From Candidatus Bathyarchaeota archaeon (GTDB taxonomy: Archaea; Thermoproteota; Bathyarchaeia; Bathyarchaeales; Bathycorpusculaceae), in contig CAVZIW010000011.1 of NCBI GenBank assembly GCA_963775465.1, positions 15,913-79,912 of the forward strand: a DNA stretch of 64,000 bases. The letters run 5' to 3'. Positions 60,601-64,000 of the stretch are shown here, in pieces. Position numbers and translations under genes: made by a program. How positions within the stretch are numbered: position 1 is the stretch's first letter; each line of letters begins with the position of its first letter. The notes beneath the pieces were generated by a model. That model was not told the origin of the DNA. It saw only the letters and a list, made by a program, of their open reading frames with translations, and ran no database searches.

Positions 60601-61305
60601 CTAAATCCTCTTTGAGATTTGGTAGATTTTGTTTTGTTCAGGAATCAAGCATGATGTTCTAGGCAGTTCTTTTTTGAGAATTTCGGCAAATTCTTTTTGG
60701 CTTTGCATATTTGCAGTGTGGTAGGGTATAGCCAGCGGAGGTTTAGTTAGGCGGGCTATTTCAAAGCCCGTTTGCGGTGTCGCGTTGGGAGCAATGCCAA
60801 CTGTGCAAAAAACGGTATCGAATTTTTCTTTCTGACCAATTAATGCTAATTCAGGAAACGGCAACGTGTCAGCAGTATGGTATATTTTGAGGTTGTCTTC
60901 GCTTGTTACTATGTATGTCACTGGGGCTTGGGCTGGATGGTTACATTTTTCTGCTTTCACGGTGACTTCGCCGATTTTGGTTTCCATCCCTGGTCTGGCT
61001 TCTTGGAGTTTTTCATTGGGGACGGCATATTGAAGTTTCTTAGCTGAGGCGGAATCTGCAATAACAGAACAATTAGTTGTTTTTTGGATTTCTTCTATTA
61101 GTGGAGGGTCAAGGTGGTCGTAATGTTCATGTGTTATCAGGATAGCATCGACTGTTGTGAGGTTTTTTGCTTTTATGTCAACTGGATCGATGACAAGCAT
61201 TTTGCTGGGGGTCTTTAGCGAGATTCCAGCATACTGATTGAACCAAGTAAAAAGCACAGTGTTTGGATTGGCCATTTTATTAATTGACATAACTCGAATC
61301 CTCAC
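60601..61305 (-). CDS. MBL-fold metallo-hydrolase
   Basis: IDP, THEHYDH, HTADT, IPYH. Confidence 0.88.
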   Translation of the reverse strand: MRIRVMSINKMANPNTVLFTWFNQYAGISLKTPSKMLVIDPVDIKAKNLTTVDAILITHEHYDHLDPPLIEEIQKTTNCSVIADSASAKKLQYAVPNEKLQEARPGMETKIGEVTVKAEKCNHPAQAPVTYIVTSEDNLKIYHTADTLPFPELALIGQKEKFDTVFCTVGIAPNATPQTGFEIARLTKPPLAIPYHTANMQSQKEFAEILKKELPRTSCLIPEQNKIYQISKRI

Positions 61306-61598
61306 AGACTAATATACGAAGGGCGTTTTAAAAGAATTTGCGCATTTCCGAATCTTCTATCATATATCAAAGGATAAAAGTAAAGAGTTGACCCAGAAAA
61401 ATGCCGGTGGATCTGACAAAAGAATAGGTCTTTGCCATAGAAGAATACCGTCATTCTAGGAAAAACTCATCAAAGAGCCGCCACGAATCTTTTACAACAT
61501 AAAATAGTGGTATCACCTCAGAAATCAAGCTTAGTTTGATAATGCTTAATAGTTTCTTGCACCGAGTACATTTTAAAATATAGATGGTTTGACTTGTA

Positions 61599-62885
61599 AT
61601 GGTTGATGTTTGGTTGCCTTATGGAAAAACCGATGTCTGTGTACGAATACCTGCTCGAAATTTGCTGGGAATAATCGAACCTAAAGAGCGACAAGGTGCC
61701 CCTGACGCGAAAATCGAGGTTGACCGCGCCCTCAAAGAACCTATAGGAAGCAAACGACTCTGCGAAATCGCCAAATCCGAAAGCAAGGTAGCCATAGTTG
61801 TGGATGATGCCACCAGAAAAGCACCAAGTGAAGCAATGCTTTTACCAGTTCTCTCTGAATTAAATTTAGCAGGTGTTAAAGATGAGAATATCACGGTTAT
61901 TTTTGGTTGCGGAACCCACCGAGCTGTGAGTGAGAAAGAGGCAGAGGAACTCCTCGGTAGCGAGGCGCTAAAAAGGGTGAAAACCATCAGCCATTGCTGC
62001 AATACCGCTACAGACTTAGTTTACGTCGGAACAACAAAAACCTATGGCAACAAAGTGCACCTTAACCGTATTTTTGCCGAAGCAGACGTCAAAGTACTCT
62101 TAGGCGATGTTGGTTTCCACTATTATGCAGGTTATGGCGGCGGTAGAAAAAGCATCTTACCTGCAGTTTGTGGAGAAGAAACTATCAAGCAAAACCACGC
62201 CTTATTGCTGCACGCTAGTGCCAGAACGGGGATCTTAGAAAATAATCCTGTTCACATCGATATGACCGAAGCCGCAAGGCTTGCAAAAGTAGATTTTATT
62301 GTTAACGTGGTTGAAAACAAGAATGGGGAAGTTGCAAAAGCCTTCGCCGGAGACCTTGAAGCAGCATTTTTGGAAGCAGTCAAACTGGTAGATGAATTGT
62401 ACCGCGTGAAAGTGGATCGACGAGCAGATATTATCGTTGTAAGTGCAGGCGGACACCCTTCAGATATGAACCTCTACCAAGCCTACAAAGGCTTAGACAA
62501 CGCGCTAGATGCAGTTAAACGAGGCGGGGTCATAATCTTAGTTGCTGAATGCCCCGAGGGACACGGCAATCAAGTCTTCTATGATTGGATGACAAGACTT
62601 GTCGACCTTAAAACCATTGAACGTGAAATTAAACGAAATTTCGTCATGGGAGGACACAAAGCCTATTACCTCTTAAAAGCCTTACAAAATCACCAGATAA
62701 TTTTGGTATCCTCGCTGCCTGACTTCTACGCCACAAGCATTTTTAAACTAAAAACTGCTCGAGCCGTTAACGACGCTCTAAACGAAGCAATGAAAATTAC
62801 AGGTTCAGCTTCAAGAGTTTGGGCGATGCCTCAAGGAAGTTACACACTGCCCGTTTTTAAGACTCTTGAAGAAAACAAAAACTAA
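61599..62885 (+). CDS. larA: Nickel-pincer-dependent lactate racemase family protein
   Basis: DDATR, GTHR, HYYAGYGGGRK, NLYQAYK, ECPEGHG, GGHKA. Confidence 0.9.
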   Translation: MVDVWLPYGKTDVCVRIPARNLLGIIEPKERQGAPDAKIEVDRALKEPIGSKRLCEIAKSESKVAIVVDDATRKAPSEAMLLPVLSELNLAGVKDENITVIFGCGTHRAVSEKEAEELLGSEALKRVKTISHCCNTATDLVYVGTTKTYGNKVHLNRIFAEADVKVLLGDVGFHYYAGYGGGRKSILPAVCGEETIKQNHALLLHASARTGILENNPVHIDMTEAARLAKVDFIVNVVENKNGEVAKAFAGDLEAAFLEAVKLVDELYRVKVDRRADIIVVSAGGHPSDMNLYQAYKGLDNALDAVKRGGVIILVAECPEGHGNQVFYDWMTRLVDLKTIEREIKRNFVMGGHKAYYLLKALQNHQIILVSSLPDFYATSIFKLKTARAVNDALNEAMKITGSASRVWAMPQGSYTLPVFKTLEENKN

Positions 62886-62951
62886 CGAACCAAACTTGAA
62901 AGCGCAACCTTTAAGTCTGCACATTGAAATTTGGATTAGCAAGGCGAAACA

Positions 62952-63428
62952 ATGCAGCAAACATTTATGCTACGCAAATTTGTTCCTGATGACCTGCAGA
63001 GCGTAATGCAAATCAACCGCGTCTGCTTACCAGAAAATTATACCGACTTTTTCTTCATTGACCTGCATCAGAGGTTCCCAGAAACGTTCATAGTATCAGA
63101 AGAAAAAGGAAAAATTTTGGGTTATATTATGTGCCGCATTGAAGTAGGGTTATCTAACTATGGGTTTGGCGGCTTAGTCCGAAAAGGGCACATAGTCTCT
63201 ATTGCAGTTTTGCCCCAAGCCAGACGCAAAGGCGCCGCTAAAGCATTGATTAACAAAGCATTGGAAGGCATGGCTTATTATCGGGCAAAACAAGGCTTTT
63301 TAGAAGTTCGCGTCACTAACGAAATAGCAATTTCTCTATACAAACAACTTGGTTTTGAAATCACACGAACAATCAGCGGCTATTACTCAGATGGCGAAGA
63401 CGCATACGTTATGACAAAAAAAATCTAA
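62952..63428 (+). CDS. ard1: N-terminal acetyltransferase Ard1/RimI
   Basis: LPENY, GYIMCRIE, GHIVSIAV, LEVRVTN, YYSDGEDA. Confidence 0.93.
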   Translation: MQQTFMLRKFVPDDLQSVMQINRVCLPENYTDFFFIDLHQRFPETFIVSEEKGKILGYIMCRIEVGLSNYGFGGLVRKGHIVSIAVLPQARRKGAAKALINKALEGMAYYRAKQGFLEVRVTNEIAISLYKQLGFEITRTISGYYSDGEDAYVMTKKI

Positions 63429-63597
63429 GAGAACTTTCTAATTTAATCACCACCCATAAAAAAATTATCCTCTAAACTAAATAATTACAAAGGCTACAGA
63501 CAAAACTGAAAAATAATAGCAATTCGATTGAAAATCTAAAATAGAACTTTTTTAAAAAAATACAATAATAAATTTAAAGAAAATAAGATATAGGGTG

Positions 63598-64000
63598 CTA
63601 AGCAGCTTTTGGCTTGACTTTGTCAACCGCACTGTTTAGACTATTCATTTCCATATTAGCTTTCCGAATTAGGTCTGCGATAGTTTCTTTGGTAGGTATT
63701 GCTGCCCCGACCGATAATGCAATTGCTTTCCGATGGGCTTCTTGCAGTAAAGGTTTGATCGTTTCTTTGGTTGTATAGCTGATACTCAGAGCGAGAGCGA
63801 ATGCTTCTTGATTGCTTGATTCTATACTTCGTCTAGTTGCGGCAACATCAACTTTGAGTTGGTCACCGGTTATGATCAGACCGTTGTCAAAGACTGCACG
63901 CATTGAAATTCCTAATTCAACGGCTTTAATGCCAAGTTTTGAGAGAACACTTGCTAAGCGTTCGTTTATGACTTCCCCTTTTCTAACTACTAATGTATCT
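63598..64000 (-). CDS. rpl10: 50S ribosomal protein L10/P0, 3' part (5' end beyond the window)
   Basis: DTLVVRKGEVINERLASVLSKLGIK, then stalk-binding helices TKETI...A..A. Confidence 0.9.
   Translation of the reverse strand, partial: DTLVVRKGEVINERLASVLSKLGIKAVELGISMRAVFDNGLIITGDQLKVDVAATRRSIESSNQEAFALALSISYTTKETIKPLLQEAHRKAIALSVGAAIPTKETIADLIRKANMEMNSLNSAVDKVKPKAA

Noticed and set aside
61306-61598. Intergenic region upstream of larA checked for a riboswitch or small gene
   Set aside because: No convincing structure or ORF seen
1050-62456. Many antisense and alternate-frame ORFs in the track
   Set aside because: Shadows of well-supported genes with no independent motifs

Overview
Archaeal chromosomal segment, most likely Bathyarchaeia (TACK). 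The lineage is inferred from TFB, TBP, a Cren7-like protein, aKMT and L18a/L31e/L39e/S19e, not from a search. Core content: 3 tRNAs (Gln-TTG, Cys-GCA, Arg-TCT); TFB and aIF1; a group 3b [NiFe]-hydrogenase operon with fused beta-gamma subunit; an aryl-acid/aromatic amino acid cluster (ACD-GNAT, ACT, Liv ABC transporter, PaaK, IorAB, PaaI); the conserved rpp21-yhbY-S19e-PDCD5-L39e-L31e-aIF6-L18a-pfdA-ftsY block; surface-glycan genes; tRNA-modification genes; Lhr, TBP, PyrE, LarA, Ard1 and the 3' end of L10. Best leads: (1) two tiny integrase-less cassettes in tandem at the tRNA-Cys 3' end, with shared att-like arms; (2) an AblA lysine 2,3-aminomutase paired with an EctA-type acetyltransferase instead of AblB; (3) cdrS followed by a 98-aa protein that may be an FtsZ lacking its GTPase body; (4) a family of 2-TM hairpin modules, three free and one fused, around an APC permease; (5) IorA with a 4x[4Fe-4S] domain inserted. 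No CRISPR array, rRNA, transposase or integrase was seen. All family assignments come from motif recognition by eye.
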